NCBI GenBank assembly: GCA_963716255.1
Contig: OY970303.1
Location: forward strand, 6,400,001-6,464,000
Reading direction: 5' to 3'
Length of the DNA stretch: 64,000 bases
Source of the DNA: an uncultured Gemmatimonadales bacterium
GTDB taxonomy: Bacteria > Gemmatimonadota > Gemmatimonadetes > Longimicrobiales > Longimicrobiaceae
Position numbers and translations under genes: made by a program. Every line of letters starts with the position of its first letter. Position 1 is the first letter of the stretch. Below are positions 21,348-33,200 of the stretch, one piece after another. A model generated the notes under the pieces. It was not told the origin of the DNA and made no database searches. It saw nothing but the letters and a program-made list of their open reading frames with translations.

Positions 21348-24300
21348 CTATGGGCGCAACCCATAATTCCACCCCTGTTTAACTTCTAGCAAGGTTTCCT
21401 CATCTATCGCTGCTGCCCACTCACTGACAGCGGCCTGCAATCGTTGTGAGGGGGAAACACCCCCCTTATTAAGCTGGTGGGACAGCTCAGCAGTAAGCCG
21501 TGCTCCCCAACTGCGAATACCAGGTAGGTCGATCATCCGAATGAAGGCAGGGGATGCTGGGTCGCTAGGCGGTCTCTGGTCCTCGGACGGAAGCCGTGTC
21601 TCTTGAAGCATCAAAGATAGCCCACCTCCGAGTTCATCGAGAAGAGAGGGGGTTAGCACTTGAGGTGAGAATCGCACCAAATGGGTAAGCCACGTGACTA
21701 CCGGTTTTAATGCTCCCGGCCGCCTCGTTGCGACGACGCTCACCAGTTCTCTAACCAAATCATGGGGCACCGCTTCCGAAAGTGTGCCGGTAATGTATTC
21801 TACAGCCCATCGGTAGACTGCTTCAGATGCATCAAGGATGGAATCCGAGTCTTCAGTCCGCAGTCCAATGCGAATTGCTTCTGCGGTCCCCTCTGATGCC
21901 GCTGTTGACCAGCGGAGCAGGGAAGGGAGGCAAGACAGGACTGGAATTCCGTTCTTCCTCATCTCGTCCAGTAACTTGCGAACAAGTTGTTGTGTCTCCT
22001 CTTTAGTAGCAATCCGTGGAACAACAACTTTCCGTAGCAGGTCTGGTACAAGCGAGAGTGCTCGCGTCGTTTGATCACTCCACATTGCAGGAGCGTTGTC
22101 ATCAGATAGAGCGGCCCCCTCGGTACTCCACCAGTCAGCGACCTTCTTCGTGAGAATTGTTGCTTCGTCAGGAGTCCAATCTATCTTTGCGGGGTCGGGA
22201 CTCACTTCCGGATCATCTGAGTGCGTTGCGCCGAGCCAGTCGCGGCCAAGGTCAAATGCCGCAATTGACCAACCCCAAGAGATCGGCTTATTCCCCGTGT
22301 CTCCGCCCAATCTGACCGTGGATATAAATTCTTTGTGGAGTAGGGACCGCCGAAGACTTGCTTCTGCCAACCCCGGCTCTGGCTCTGGTCGACCAAGATA
22401 GGCAAAATCTAAGAAGGGACTGTCAGCAGGCATTCCTGTGTGCTCGTCACGCCTTTCCCAGAGGTTTGAGCCGTACTCCCGGCACTCATCCTGAGTTAGC
22501 AGCCCCGCGCCCCAAATTGCATCTATGCGTTGAATAGCGCGCTTGCGAGACTCGGAGGCACCATTCCGGACCATATTGAGTAGCCGCATCACAGCTGCGT
22601 GCTCCTCGGCTCCCATCGCCATTCCGGCTAGGCTGTTAAAAGCTTTTGAGTTCGAAGGGTGGAACGGTTCTGGCCAATCCTCCGCACCTACCGTCTCCCA
22701 CCCGGCCCCTGGAATTGGAAACGCTAAAAGACGATGCAGTAATTTTGCCCAGCTATCGGAATTTGCAAGGTGTAATAACTCCCCGAGGAGCGTCTTGAAG
22801 CCTTGAAATGAAATTCGATTTGTACGAACTACCGCTTGCGAGAGCCATGTTAAAGTCTGGTTTAACAGATTGTCGCGAGTTGTGGCGGAAAGCCTGAACA
22901 CGAAGCGTCCAAGGAGTTCTGGTACGACGGCCAACTGCCGATTGGCATACCAATAAGCACCATCGGGTGCTCCTTCACGCTGTATGAGTAAACCGATTGC
23001 CTGATCGATGCTACTCCTGAATTGAGCTGCATATCTCTCCGCTACCTCCTGCGGCATCACTGCAATTCTAACCTTGTCGAACCACATAGATGTGATCTTC
23101 TCAGATGCGATCCTGAGAACAATGTCCGTTGCCCAGTTGAAGGCTCTTTGCTCGATCCACTGGGCTGCCTGTCCCGCTTCGTGCAGGTAAGCTTGGGCAA
23201 GTCCAGCGTGGAACGGTATCGCAGCATCCTCCAAAAGGGAGAGTAGTGAGAAAGACTCGCGAGTTCCTTCCGCCTCTCCCCCCAAGTGGTAAGAGGCGGA
23301 ACGCTTCGCCGTGAATGGATGGACCCGCTCTTCGCGCGAACCGGCTCGTTTGGGAGGGTGCTTTGGCACGCCTGCTCGCAACGACTCCACTGCTGACCAA
23401 GGATTGCAGCGATATAGGGCGAGTTGTTCCCAGCGGCCACGATTTGGATCCGAAGACCGGGAGTCAAATCGGTTCAGGCGAATCAGACCAAGCAAGAACA
23501 TGGTCCAGCCTTCTTGGGAAAGGAGAGAGATGTTCGTCTCGTCTCCTATCTGCAGCCGCCTTATCTGTTGAAGAGATGTTTGGGCTAGATCTTCGGCCTT
23601 CGCCAACTGACCCAACTCGGCAAGTACAGAGGCCCGCTTAGTATTCCAGAAGGGATCTTGGTCGAAGAGGGGCCATCTTTCAAGTTCCTCATGCGCATCC
23701 TTCGGTGCACAGGCGTATAAGTGATGTAGGCAGTTCTCATAGTGCCAGCGAGCCCTCCAAGCCGGCCGCTGCTGCGCGATAGACTCCAATATAGACATCC
23801 AGCGGTTGAAAGCATCATCTCCATCTTGTCGACCACGCCTCGCCAACGCGAAAGCAACTTCAACCCAGCACTCGCGGAGGTAAATAAGATCGGTGTTTGC
23901 TGACGATTCTAGCGAGCTACCAAGCGTTGCACCCCTATTTTCGTTAAATAGCGGGAGTTGATCGAGTACACTCTCGAGTGAAGCGGCTTCCTCCACATCA
24001 AGCGGCACACCAATTCGATCTCGTCGCCACAGCAATTCGTGTGAGATTGCGATGGCCACTACTGGGCTTTCATTGGGCAAAGCTCGCCAGATCAAGCCAT
24101 CCCACGCACTGGTCTCCAGCCAGAGCGACCCACGATTACTCTCCGGAAGGATAACCCATCCGGGGTACTGCTCCCGTTTCCGACGCCAAGCACTTGCAAC
24201 GTCGCTGAGCGTAGGGGGAGGAGGCACATTGTTAAGATCAGCCCCGATTACAGGGCGTGGAACTTGAATCTCTTGCTCTATTCCTGGGCGGCCAGGCAGC

Positions 24301-25265
24301 AGTGGTGGGTCGGAATGGGTCTGTACATCAGTGCGCCGTGGAGTTGGGTCAGGCCAGGAGAGGACATAAGGAGGCTCTCCGTTATGGAGCGACTGAAGTA
24401 ACCAACGAAGTGCCCTCTTGTGCCGATCTGCTTCTTCCACACCAAGTGCCCGCGGAAACAATGGGCCCAAATCGATTGGTAAAACATTCAAGCTGCGCAG
24501 AACTAGCCGGCGAGCCGGCGAAAGGTCCAGCAACCCACATAAATAGATAGGGGAAACACCATGCTTCAACTGGTCTCGAACCCACCCAATCCATTGAAGG
24601 AAATTGGGGTCGTCGCCCGAAAACCCGAGCAGCAGAAAGACGTTTTCGATTAGTGCCTGTTGGACAGTGTTTACGAATGGAGCGAATTGGTTGGGATATG
24701 TGCGGTAATCCTCTTCCGTGATGATGTAAGGCCGATGTGTTGGAAAGCTACCGTGGAGCTTGATGATGCGCGGACGGAGACTGCCAGGCAGATCAAGGAG
24801 GTCAACAACTATCTCATAACGCCGCTCCCATAGTTCGGGGAGTGTCCGCTCAAGCAGGGTGTCATAATTGGTAGTGAAGACATCCGACCAAGGAAGCGTA
24901 AGTAGTAATTTGTGTAAGTCTCCGGGACGGTATGCTTCGTCCGGGATCACGCGCCGAGTAACCTCATCCAAAGCCCCACGCCCGAACACCGTCTCATACT
25001 CTAGCGCGAGCCGAAGAACGCCACCGTTTGCTGCCGCATACGCAATTCGTTGGTCATCGTCGACAGCGGCTGAATAGAGATCGCGATATAACGCACGGGC
25101 GAGATCGAGCCACAGCGGGAATGCAGGCGCATTCGCGCGTACAGGATCGGCATTGCGGCTAAAACCAGAGCCAATCATTACTGCCGCTCGCCCAAACGCA
25201 CTCCCACGCCAGAGGGCGGCACGAACGTGCTCTAAGTGAGGGCGATCAAGGAATTCATCAAGCAT
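21348..25265 (-). CDS. Large SIR2-domain protein, defence-associated sirtuin (DSR1-like)
   Basis: N-terminal SIR2_2 motifs MIGSGFS, TTNYD, KLHGS, GFSGDDPN; long helical C-terminus; about 1305 aa; GC clearly lower than flanks. Confidence 0.8.
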   Translation of the reverse strand: MLDEFLDRPHLEHVRAALWRGSAFGRAAVMIGSGFSRNADPVRANAPAFPLWLDLARALYRDLYSAAVDDDQRIAYAAANGGVLRLALEYETVFGRGALDEVTRRVIPDEAYRPGDLHKLLLTLPWSDVFTTNYDTLLERTLPELWERRYEIVVDLLDLPGSLRPRIIKLHGSFPTHRPYIITEEDYRTYPNQFAPFVNTVQQALIENVFLLLGFSGDDPNFLQWIGWVRDQLKHGVSPIYLCGLLDLSPARRLVLRSLNVLPIDLGPLFPRALGVEEADRHKRALRWLLQSLHNGEPPYVLSWPDPTPRRTDVQTHSDPPLLPGRPGIEQEIQVPRPVIGADLNNVPPPPTLSDVASAWRRKREQYPGWVILPESNRGSLWLETSAWDGLIWRALPNESPVVAIAISHELLWRRDRIGVPLDVEEAASLESVLDQLPLFNENRGATLGSSLESSANTDLIYLRECWVEVAFALARRGRQDGDDAFNRWMSILESIAQQRPAWRARWHYENCLHHLYACAPKDAHEELERWPLFDQDPFWNTKRASVLAELGQLAKAEDLAQTSLQQIRRLQIGDETNISLLSQEGWTMFLLGLIRLNRFDSRSSDPNRGRWEQLALYRCNPWSAVESLRAGVPKHPPKRAGSREERVHPFTAKRSASYHLGGEAEGTRESFSLLSLLEDAAIPFHAGLAQAYLHEAGQAAQWIEQRAFNWATDIVLRIASEKITSMWFDKVRIAVMPQEVAERYAAQFRSSIDQAIGLLIQREGAPDGAYWYANRQLAVVPELLGRFVFRLSATTRDNLLNQTLTWLSQAVVRTNRISFQGFKTLLGELLHLANSDSWAKLLHRLLAFPIPGAGWETVGAEDWPEPFHPSNSKAFNSLAGMAMGAEEHAAVMRLLNMVRNGASESRKRAIQRIDAIWGAGLLTQDECREYGSNLWERRDEHTGMPADSPFLDFAYLGRPEPEPGLAEASLRRSLLHKEFISTVRLGGDTGNKPISWGWSIAAFDLGRDWLGATHSDDPEVSPDPAKIDWTPDEATILTKKVADWWSTEGAALSDDNAPAMWSDQTTRALSLVPDLLRKVVVPRIATKEETQQLVRKLLDEMRKNGIPVLSCLPSLLRWSTAASEGTAEAIRIGLRTEDSDSILDASEAVYRWAVEYITGTLSEAVPHDLVRELVSVVATRRPGALKPVVTWLTHLVRFSPQVLTPSLLDELGGGLSLMLQETRLPSEDQRPPSDPASPAFIRMIDLPGIRSWGARLTAELSHQLNKGGVSPSQRLQAAVSEWAAAIDEETLLEVKQGWNYGLRP

Positions 25266-25346
25266 CCGAAAATCCTGTGAGATGTAAGGGGCGCTGCTCA
25301 ACTTCTTGATACAGCGCCCCTGTGCTCTGACGTTTAACCGTCTTCC

Positions 25347-26387
25347 CTACCGCACTTCCAGAGTGTCTGCCATCCCGATGGAGCTTTCCGCCGTCTCGAT
25401 CACCGGCGACTCCGCCTCGGCCACACCGTGGTGCGCCATCCAGCGCTCCGCCTCCAGCGCCGCCATGCACCCCGACCCCGCCGCGCTGATCGCCTGCCGG
25501 TAGTAGTCGTCCATCACGTCGCCGGCCGCGAACACGCCGGGGACGCTGGTGGAGGTGCGCCACGGCGTGGGAAGCTTCACGTAGTCGTTGGGCATCAGCT
25601 CCAGCTGCCCCCTGAGGAACGCCGTGTTTGGCGTGTGGCCGATGGCCACGAAAAGCCCGCCCACCTCCATGTCGCGCTCCTCGCCGGTGACGGTGTCCTT
25701 GAGGCGCAGCCCGGTGATCTCGTCGTCGCCCAGCACGTCCGTCACCTGGGTGTTCCACTCCACCCGGATCTTGGGGTGAGCGAGGGCGCGCTCCGCCATG
25801 ACCTTGGAGGCGCGGAACTCGCCGCGCCGGTGCACGATCACCACCTCGCGCGCGAACTTGGTGAGGTAGGTGGCCTCCTCCATCGCCGAGTCCCCGCCGC
25901 CCACCACCGCCAGGACCTTGTCGCGGAAGAAGGGGAGCGCCCCGTCGCACACCGCGCACGCCGACACCCCGCCGCCGCTCTGCGCCAGGCGGATCTCGTT
26001 GGGGAGCCCGATCCAGTTGGCGCGCGCCCCCGTGGCGACGATCACCGACGTGGCCTCGATGGCGTCCGAGTAGCTGGGCTTGAGGACGAACGGGTGCCGG
26101 GTGAAGTCCACCTCGACGATGTTCTCCATGATGGCGCGGGTGCCGAACCGGACCGCCTGCTCCTTCATGCGGTCCATCAGCTCCTGCCCGCCGACGCCCT
26201 CGGGGAAGCCGGGGAAGTTCTCGATGTCGGTGGTCCACATGAGCTGCCCGCCGGGGATCATCTCGCGCGACGGCTCGCCTTCGTACACGACCGGCTCCAG
26301 GTTGGCGCGGGCCGCGTAGACGGCGGCGGTCCAGGCGGCGGGGCCGGAGCCGATGATCACCAGCGTTTCGCGTTTCCGTTCCGACAT
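25347..26387 (-). CDS. trxB: Thioredoxin-disulfide reductase
   Basis: IIGSGPA, GGQL...ENFPGF, active site [26 protein letters not shown]. Confidence 0.95.
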   Translation of the reverse strand: MSERKRETLVIIGSGPAAWTAAVYAARANLEPVVYEGEPSREMIPGGQLMWTTDIENFPGFPEGVGGQELMDRMKEQAVRFGTRAIMENIVEVDFTRHPFVLKPSYSDAIEATSVIVATGARANWIGLPNEIRLAQSGGGVSACAVCDGALPFFRDKVLAVVGGGDSAMEEATYLTKFAREVVIVHRRGEFRASKVMAERALAHPKIRVEWNTQVTDVLGDDEITGLRLKDTVTGEERDMEVGGLFVAIGHTPNTAFLRGQLELMPNDYVKLPTPWRTSTSVPGVFAAGDVMDDYYRQAISAAGSGCMAALEAERWMAHHGVAEAESPVIETAESSIGMADTLEVR

Positions 26388-26493
26388 GGCGTTTGTCTCC
26401 AGTGTGTCGAGATCAGCGTCGTTCGCAGGCCGAAATATAACGGGGCGCGGAAGGCGGCTGCCAGGCGTTTCGGATAGATCGTTTCGTGGAGGC

Positions 26494-26650
26494 GGGGCCG
26501 CTCCGGAGCCGGACGATACTGCCGTCCGTCTCCTGCGCGGGCTCCGGGAGCCCCACGGAACTGCTGTGGGTCTCCCTGCGCCGGAGGGAGCCAGCCAGAC
26601 TGCCGGCTGTCTCCCTCCGCAACGGATCTTGTGGGTCCTGCGGAACGGCA
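26494..26650 (+). repeat. Structured element R2, copy 1 (three GGAGCC...GTCTCC hairpins)
   Basis: GGGGCCGCTCCGGAGCC start; homologous to 41960-42089 and 61763-61922. Confidence 0.85.
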
Positions 26651-26662
26651 CTGGCACCCCCC

Positions 26663-27781
26663 TCACCCTCCCGCGGCGGGCACCTCCGCCCATACCCGCG
26701 TCCCCGATCCGGGGCGGCTGTCGATCTCCACGCGGCCGCCCAGGTAGGCGGCGCGCTCCTGCATGCCGAAGAGGCCCAGCCCCCGGCGCTCGCCGGCCAT
26801 CACGCCGGCCACGTCGAAGCCGTCGCCGTCGTCCTCCACCGTCACGGTGACGGTCGCGGGGGCGCGGGCGACGCGGACGAAGGCGCGCGTGGCGCCGGCG
26901 TGGCGCACCACGTTGGAGAGCGCCTCCTGCACGATGCGGTAGAGCGCCAGCTCGGCCTCGGGGCTGAGCATCCCCTCCAGCGGGTCGGCCTCCACGCGGA
27001 TGGCCAGGCCCACGCTCTCGGCCAGGTGGCGGGCGTGCGACTCGATGGCCGGGCCCAGCCCCAGCTCGTCCAGCGCGGGCGGGCGCAGGCCGCGCGCGAA
27101 GCGGCGGATCCCCTCCAGCGACTCGCCGATCTCGCGGCGCATGTCCTCCAGGAGCGCGTCCAGCGCCGCCGGGTCCGGCGAGTTGCGGACGATGCGCACC
27201 CGGATGAGGAGCGCCGCCAGCATCTGCGCCGTCTCGTCGTGCAGCTCGCGCGCGATGCGCTTGCGCTCCTCCTCCGCGGCGGTGAGGGCGCGCACCGCCA
27301 CGTCGCGCAGGCGCTGCCGGTACACCGCCACCGTGTCCAGCATGCCGTTGAAGGTGCCCGTGAGACGCTCCAGCTCCCGGTCCGCGACGGGGGAGGAAGG
27401 CGCTCTCGCGTCCAGGTTGCCGGCCCGCACCTTGGTGGCGGCGCCCTCCAGCAGCTTGAGGGGGGAAAGGGCGAGCCGCAGGATCAGCGCGTTCACCAGC
27501 ACGCTCAGCACCAGTCCGCCCAGCACCAGGAGCCCCACCAGGTCCAGCGTGGAGCGGTGCGGGGCCTCGCGCACGTACGAGGCGGTGACCCAGGTGCCGG
27601 CCACCGTCCCCAGCACCACGATGAGCGCGTTGGCGATGAGGATCTTGTAGAAGAGCGGGATGCGCAGCAGCACCCGCAGCGGCGCGGGGACGCGCGAGGC
27701 GGCCGGGTACGCCTCCGCGGGGAGGTCGTACCCCGGGGCGTCGTCCGGGAGCGGGGCGGGGGCTGCGGAATCCGGGGTCAT
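26663..27781 (-). CDS. HAMP-domain sensor histidine kinase (HisKA_3, NarX/UhpB type)
   Basis: Two TM helices; [48 protein letters not shown]. Confidence 0.92.
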   Translation of the reverse strand: MTPDSAAPAPLPDDAPGYDLPAEAYPAASRVPAPLRVLLRIPLFYKILIANALIVVLGTVAGTWVTASYVREAPHRSTLDLVGLLVLGGLVLSVLVNALILRLALSPLKLLEGAATKVRAGNLDARAPSSPVADRELERLTGTFNGMLDTVAVYRQRLRDVAVRALTAAEEERKRIARELHDETAQMLAALLIRVRIVRNSPDPAALDALLEDMRREIGESLEGIRRFARGLRPPALDELGLGPAIESHARHLAESVGLAIRVEADPLEGMLSPEAELALYRIVQEALSNVVRHAGATRAFVRVARAPATVTVTVEDDGDGFDVAGVMAGERRGLGLFGMQERAAYLGGRVEIDSRPGSGTRVWAEVPAAGG

Positions 27782-27978
27782 GGGACGCTGTGCGGCGGCG
27801 GTGCCGGGCGGGGCGCTCCGGCCGGTCCGGCTGCCGTGCAAGCTACGGCGCGCGCGGCGGCGCCGCCACTTGCCGGGAAGCCGCCCGGGGCGCCACTTTG
27901 CTGCGACCCCGCGGCCTGCCCGGCCCTCCCGGCACGTCCCGGCGGACCGGACCCCCTCTCCACCCGGAAGCGCTCCCC

Positions 27979-30030
27979 GTGACCAAGCTCCCTTCCTCCA
28001 CCCCGGCGGTCCGCGCGGCGCTCCCGCTCCTGGCCGCGCTCGCCTCCGCCGCTGCGCCCGCGCTCGCCCAGGCGCCCGCCGGCACGCTCCCGCGCGACAC
28101 CGTCCCCGTGCGGGTGGACGGGCTGGTGGTGATCACGAGCCGGCCGGCGGGCGTGGTGGGCGGCGCCGGGGCGGTGGTGCTGGCGGTGGACTCCATGGCG
28201 GTGCCCCCGGCGCCACGGCTGGCGGAGGTGCTCCGCGAAACGCCGTTCGTGCGCGTGCGCACCAACTCGCGCGGGGAAACGGAGCTGTCGCTGCGCGGCT
28301 CCGAGTCGCGGCAGGTGGCGGTGCTGGTGGACGGCGTGCCGCTCACGCTGGGGTGGGACGACCGCGCCGACCTGTCGGTGGTGCCCGCGACGGGGGCGCA
28401 GGGGATCCGGGTCGTGAGGGGCGTCCCCTCGCTGCTGCACGGGCCCAACGTGCTGGGCGGCGTGGTGGAGGTGGGGGTGGCGCGCGCCGCGGGCGCGGAG
28501 GTGGAGCGGGAATCGCTCCGGGCCGCGGTCGGCGCGGACCACGCGGGCGGCCGCATGCTGAGCGCCTCCTTCACGGCGCCGCTGGGCGCCGGGGCGGGGG
28601 AGACCACGCTGCGCGCGGGAGCGGGCTTCCGCGACCAGCCGGGCTTCGCGCTCGCGGACGGGGTGGTGGACCCGGGGGAGGACGACGGGCTGCGCGGCAA
28701 CAGCGACGCGGAGTCGCTGGACGGCTTCGTGGCGCTGCGGCACCGGACGGCGGGGGGCGCGTGGGCGTCGCTCTCGGGCTTCGGGTCGCGGACGCGCCGC
28801 GGCGTCACCCCTGAGCTGCACCTGGAAAGCCCCCGCTTCTGGCGCTACCCGGAGGCGTCGCGCGGGGTGGCGGCGCTTTCCGCCGGGACCGGGATGCGGA
28901 CGACGCCGCTGGGCGAGGGCGACCTGGAGGCCACCTTCGGCCTGGACGCGGCGCGCACCGAGCTGGCCAGCTACGCGGACCGCGCCTACGACGAGGTCAC
29001 GGGCCGGGAGGACGCGGACGACCGCACGCTGTCGCTGCGCCTGCTGGGGGACCACACCCTGGGCTCGGCGGCGGACCTGCGCGCCGCGCTCACGCTGGCG
29101 GACACCCGTCGCGACGAGGTGCTGGAGCCGGGCGGGCCGAACCGCTACCGGCAGCGGCTGTGGAGCCTGGGCGGGGAGGCGGAGCGCCGCGTGCTCCTGG
29201 CCGGCCCGGCGGAGGTGCTGCGCCTGGTGGCGGGGGCGAGCGCGGACGGCGCGGACACGCCGGAGGCGGGCGACAAGGAACCGCTGGGACGGCTCCGGGA
29301 CTGGGGCGCGCGCCTGGGCGCAACCGCCACGCTGCGCGGCGCGGCGGAGCTGCACGCCGGCCTCAGCCGCCGCTCGCGCTTTCCGGCGCTGCGCGAGCTG
29401 TACTCCGGGGCGCTCGGCCGCTTCCAGCCCAACCCCGACCTGCACCCGGAGACGCTGCTCGCCGCCGAGGCCGGGGGAACGGCGCAGCTGGGGGCGCTCC
29501 AGCTCCAGGCGGTGGGCTTCCACCAGCGGCTGGAGGACGCGATCGTGCGCGTGGGGCTGGGCGGGGGCCGCTTCCGCCGCGAGAACCGCAACGAGATCCG
29601 CAGCACCGGCGCGGAGCTGCTCGCCGACTGGCGCGCGGGGCCGCGCGCGCTCACGGGGAGCCTGACGCTCCAGCGGGTGCGCCTGATCGATTCGGAGGCC
29701 GAGGGAGGGTCGGGCCGCGCGGAGTACCAGCCGGGGGTGGCGGGGAGCCTGGACGGGTCCACGCCGCTCCTCCTGGGGCTGCGGGGCGAGGCGGGGGTCC
29801 GCTTCCAGGGGCGCCAGTGGTGCGTGCACCCGGAGCTGGGGCGCGAGGTGGCGCTGGACGCTTCCGCCCGCACCGACCTGCGCCTGTCGCGCGCCTGGCG
29901 CGCGGGTGCGCTGGCGCGCCGGCTGCGCGCCGTGCTCGCCCTGGACAACGCCGCGGACGCCGCGGTCTACGACCAGTGCGGCCTGCCGCAGCCCGGGCGC
30001 ACGCTGCGCCTGGAGCTGCGCGTGGAGTAG
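27979..30030 (+). CDS. TonB-dependent receptor
   Basis: Signal peptide; plug SLRG...VLVDGVP, GPNVLGGVV; PALRELY, NPDLHPE, PGRT. Confidence 0.85.
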   Translation: MTKLPSSTPAVRAALPLLAALASAAAPALAQAPAGTLPRDTVPVRVDGLVVITSRPAGVVGGAGAVVLAVDSMAVPPAPRLAEVLRETPFVRVRTNSRGETELSLRGSESRQVAVLVDGVPLTLGWDDRADLSVVPATGAQGIRVVRGVPSLLHGPNVLGGVVEVGVARAAGAEVERESLRAAVGADHAGGRMLSASFTAPLGAGAGETTLRAGAGFRDQPGFALADGVVDPGEDDGLRGNSDAESLDGFVALRHRTAGGAWASLSGFGSRTRRGVTPELHLESPRFWRYPEASRGVAALSAGTGMRTTPLGEGDLEATFGLDAARTELASYADRAYDEVTGREDADDRTLSLRLLGDHTLGSAADLRAALTLADTRRDEVLEPGGPNRYRQRLWSLGGEAERRVLLAGPAEVLRLVAGASADGADTPEAGDKEPLGRLRDWGARLGATATLRGAAELHAGLSRRSRFPALRELYSGALGRFQPNPDLHPETLLAAEAGGTAQLGALQLQAVGFHQRLEDAIVRVGLGGGRFRRENRNEIRSTGAELLADWRAGPRALTGSLTLQRVRLIDSEAEGGSGRAEYQPGVAGSLDGSTPLLLGLRGEAGVRFQGRQWCVHPELGREVALDASARTDLRLSRAWRAGALARRLRAVLALDNAADAAVYDQCGLPQPGRTLRLELRVE

Positions 30031-30062
30031 CCGCGCCGCGCGCCGGGGGGAGGGGCGGCCGT

Positions 30063-30202
30063 CGCGTGAGGGATTTCGGCCCGAAGGGGCGAGACCCGGC
30101 GGGGCTGTTTCCGCCGGGTCTCGACTCCGTCAGCGAGCGTTGTTTGCTCGCTTACGGAGCCGAAGCCCGACCCCGGCGCCAGCCGGGGGCACGCCCGAAC
30201 CC
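30063..30202 (-). repeat. R1 element copy 4
   Basis: Reverse-complement core. Confidence 0.9.
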
Positions 30203-30257
30203 GCTGGCAACAAGGCAGTTGCAGTCCGTAGCAGGTTAACTTTCAACCACACCCGAG

Positions 30258-33200
30258 ATGCGATACGCTGCCGCGGCCGCGCTGGCACTGCTCGCGAGCG
30301 CGCCCGACGCCACCCTCCACGCCCAGCGTGGCGCCGCCGGGCCGGCCGGGTACGACACCACCCTCCTGTCGCCCTTCCGGTGGCGGAGCATCGGGCCCGA
30401 CCGGGGCGGGCGCTCCATCGCCGTGGCGGGGAGCAGCAAGCGGCCCATGGAGTACTTCTTCGGCGCCACGGGCGGCGGCGTGTGGAAGACGAGCGACGGC
30501 GGCGGGACCTGGAGCCCGGTGTCGGACCGGCACTTCACGAGCAGCTCGGTGGGCGCCCTGGCGGTGTGCGAGGCCGACCCGGACGTGGTGTACGCCGGGA
30601 TGGGCGAGGCGCAGCTGCGCGGCAACGTCATGCAGGGCGACGGGCTGTACCGCAGCGCGGACGGCGGCAAGACCTGGAGCCACGTGGGCCTGCGCGAGAC
30701 GCACGTGATCGCGCGGGTGCGCGTGGACCCGGCGGACTGCGACCGGGTGTACGTGGCGGCGCTGGGGCGCACCTACGGGCCCAGCCCGGAGCGCGGCGTG
30801 TTCCGCAGCACGGACGGCGGAAAGACGTGGGCGAAGACGCTCTTCCGCGACGAGCGCACCGGCGCGGTGGACCTGGTGATGGACCCGGCGGACCGGAAGA
30901 TCCTGTATGCCGGGCTGTGGGAGGTCAACCGCACGCCGTGGTCGCTGTCCAGCGGCGGCCCGGGGGGCGGGATCTTCCGCTCGGCGGACGGCGGCGAGAC
31001 GTGGACGGAGCTGACCCGCAACCCGGGGCTCCCGCAGCAGGGGCTGGTGGGCAAGGTCGGGGTGGCGGTGTCCGGGGCGGACTCCGGGCGGGTGTACGCC
31101 ATCGTGGAGGCGGACTCGGGCGGGGTGTTCCGCTCGGACGACGCGGGGGCGACGTGGACGCGGGTCAACCAGGAGCGCAAGCTGCGGCAGCGGGCCTTCT
31201 ACTACACGCGCATCTACGCCGACCCCAGGGAAAAGGACGTGGTCTACGTCCTCAACGTGGGCTTCTGGCGCAGCCGGGACGGGGGGAAGACGTTCACGGC
31301 CATCCGCACGCCGCACGGCGACAACCACGACCTGTGGATCGACCCGGCGGACCCCAGGCGGATGATCGAGGGGAACGACGGCGGGGCAAACGTGTCGGTG
31401 AACGCGGGGGAGAGCTGGACGGACCAGGACTTCCCCACGGCGCAGATGTACCACGTGGCGACCACGAAGCACTTTCCCTACCAGGTGTGCGGCGCGCAGC
31501 AGGACAACAGCACGCTCTGCGTTCCCAGCGACGGCAACGGGAGCCAGTGGTACGCGGTGGGCGGCGGGGAGAGCGGCTACATCGCCCCGGACCCGCGCGA
31601 CACGGACGTGTTCTACGCGGGGAGCTACGGCGGCTTCCTGAGCCGCTTCGACCGGGCGACGAACCAGCGCCGCAACATCCAGGTGTGGCCGGAGAACCCC
31701 ATGGGGCACTCGTCCGAGGACATCGCGGAGCGCTTCCAGTGGACGTACCCCATCGTCTTCTCGCCGCACGACCCGCGCGTCATCTACACTGGCTCGCAGC
31801 ACCTCTTCCGCACCATGAGCGAGGGGCAGAGCTGGGAGCGGATCTCGCCGGACCTGACCCGCGCGGACCCGCGCACGCTGGGCCCCTCGGGCGGCCCCAT
31901 CACCCTGGACCAGACGGGGGTGGAAACGTTCGGCACCCTCTTCACCATCGCGCCCTCGCGGCACGAGGCGGGGACGATCTGGACCGGGTCGGACGACGGG
32001 GTGGTGAGCCTGACGCGCGACGGCGGGACGACGTGGACGCGGGTGACGCCGCCGGAGCTGCCGGAGCTCGCGCGGATCTCGCTGGTGGAGGCGTCGCCGC
32101 ACGCGGCGGGGAAGGCGTACGTGGCGGCGAACCGCTACCAGCAGGAGGACCGCGCGCCGTACCTGTTCCGCACGGAGGACTTCGGGCGCAGCTGGACGCG
32201 CATCACCACGGGGATCCCCGAGGGCGACTTTCTCCGCGCGGTGCGCGAGGACCCGAAGCGCGCCGGGCTGCTGTACGCGGGGACGGAGAACGGGATCTGG
32301 GTGTCGTGGGACGACGGGGCGCACTGGCAGTCGCTGCGCCAGAACCTGCCGGTGACGCAGGTGTCCGACATCGCGGTGGAGGAGAACGACCTGGTGGTCG
32401 CCACGCACGGCCGCGGCTTCTACGTGCTGGACGACATCGCCCCCCTGCGGCAGCTGTCCCCCCGGGCCGCCGGGGGGCGGGTGCACCTGTTCGACCCGGT
32501 GGACCCGGTGCGGGCGGTGGACGCGGGCGTGGCCGTGTACTACCGGCTGGAGCGCCCGGCGCGGCGCGTGACGCTGGAGTTCCTGGACGCCCGGGGGCAG
32601 GTGGTGCGCGCCTTCGCCGGGAGCGCGGCGGACACGGCGAGGTCGGGCGGGGCGGGGCAGGGCGGCGGCGGCGGCGACGACGACGACGGCCCGGCGACGC
32701 CCGCCGAGCCCAGGGTGCCGACCAGGGCGGGGATGAACCGCTTCGCCTGGAACCTGCGCACCCGTGGGCCCACCACCTTCCCGGGGATGGTGCTGTGGGT
32801 GGCGGGGAGCAACGGCCCGCGCGTGGTGCCGGGCACCTACCGGGTGCGGCTCGTGGTGGACGGAGCGCGGCAGGAGCAGGAGTTCGTGGTCCGCAAGGAC
32901 CCGCGCCTCACGGGCGTGACGCAGCAGGACCTGGAGCGGCAGTTCGAGCTGGCCACCCGCATCCGCGAGGCGACCAGCCGCGCCAACGAGGCGGTGATCC
33001 GCATCCGCGACGTCCGCTCGCAGGTGGACGACCGGGCGCAGCGCGCCGCCGACCCCGCGGTATCCGCCGCGGCGGACTCGCTGCGGGCCCGGCTGGGCGC
33101 GGTGGAGGAGGCCGTGTACCAGGTGCGCCTGCAGAGCAACCAGGACCCGCTCAACTACCCCATCCGCCTGAACAACAAGCTCGCGGCGCTGCTGGGGGTG

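Noticed and set aside
21270..25346. Island as a prophage or IS element
   Set aside because: No integrase, transposase, structural genes or clear terminal repeats seen
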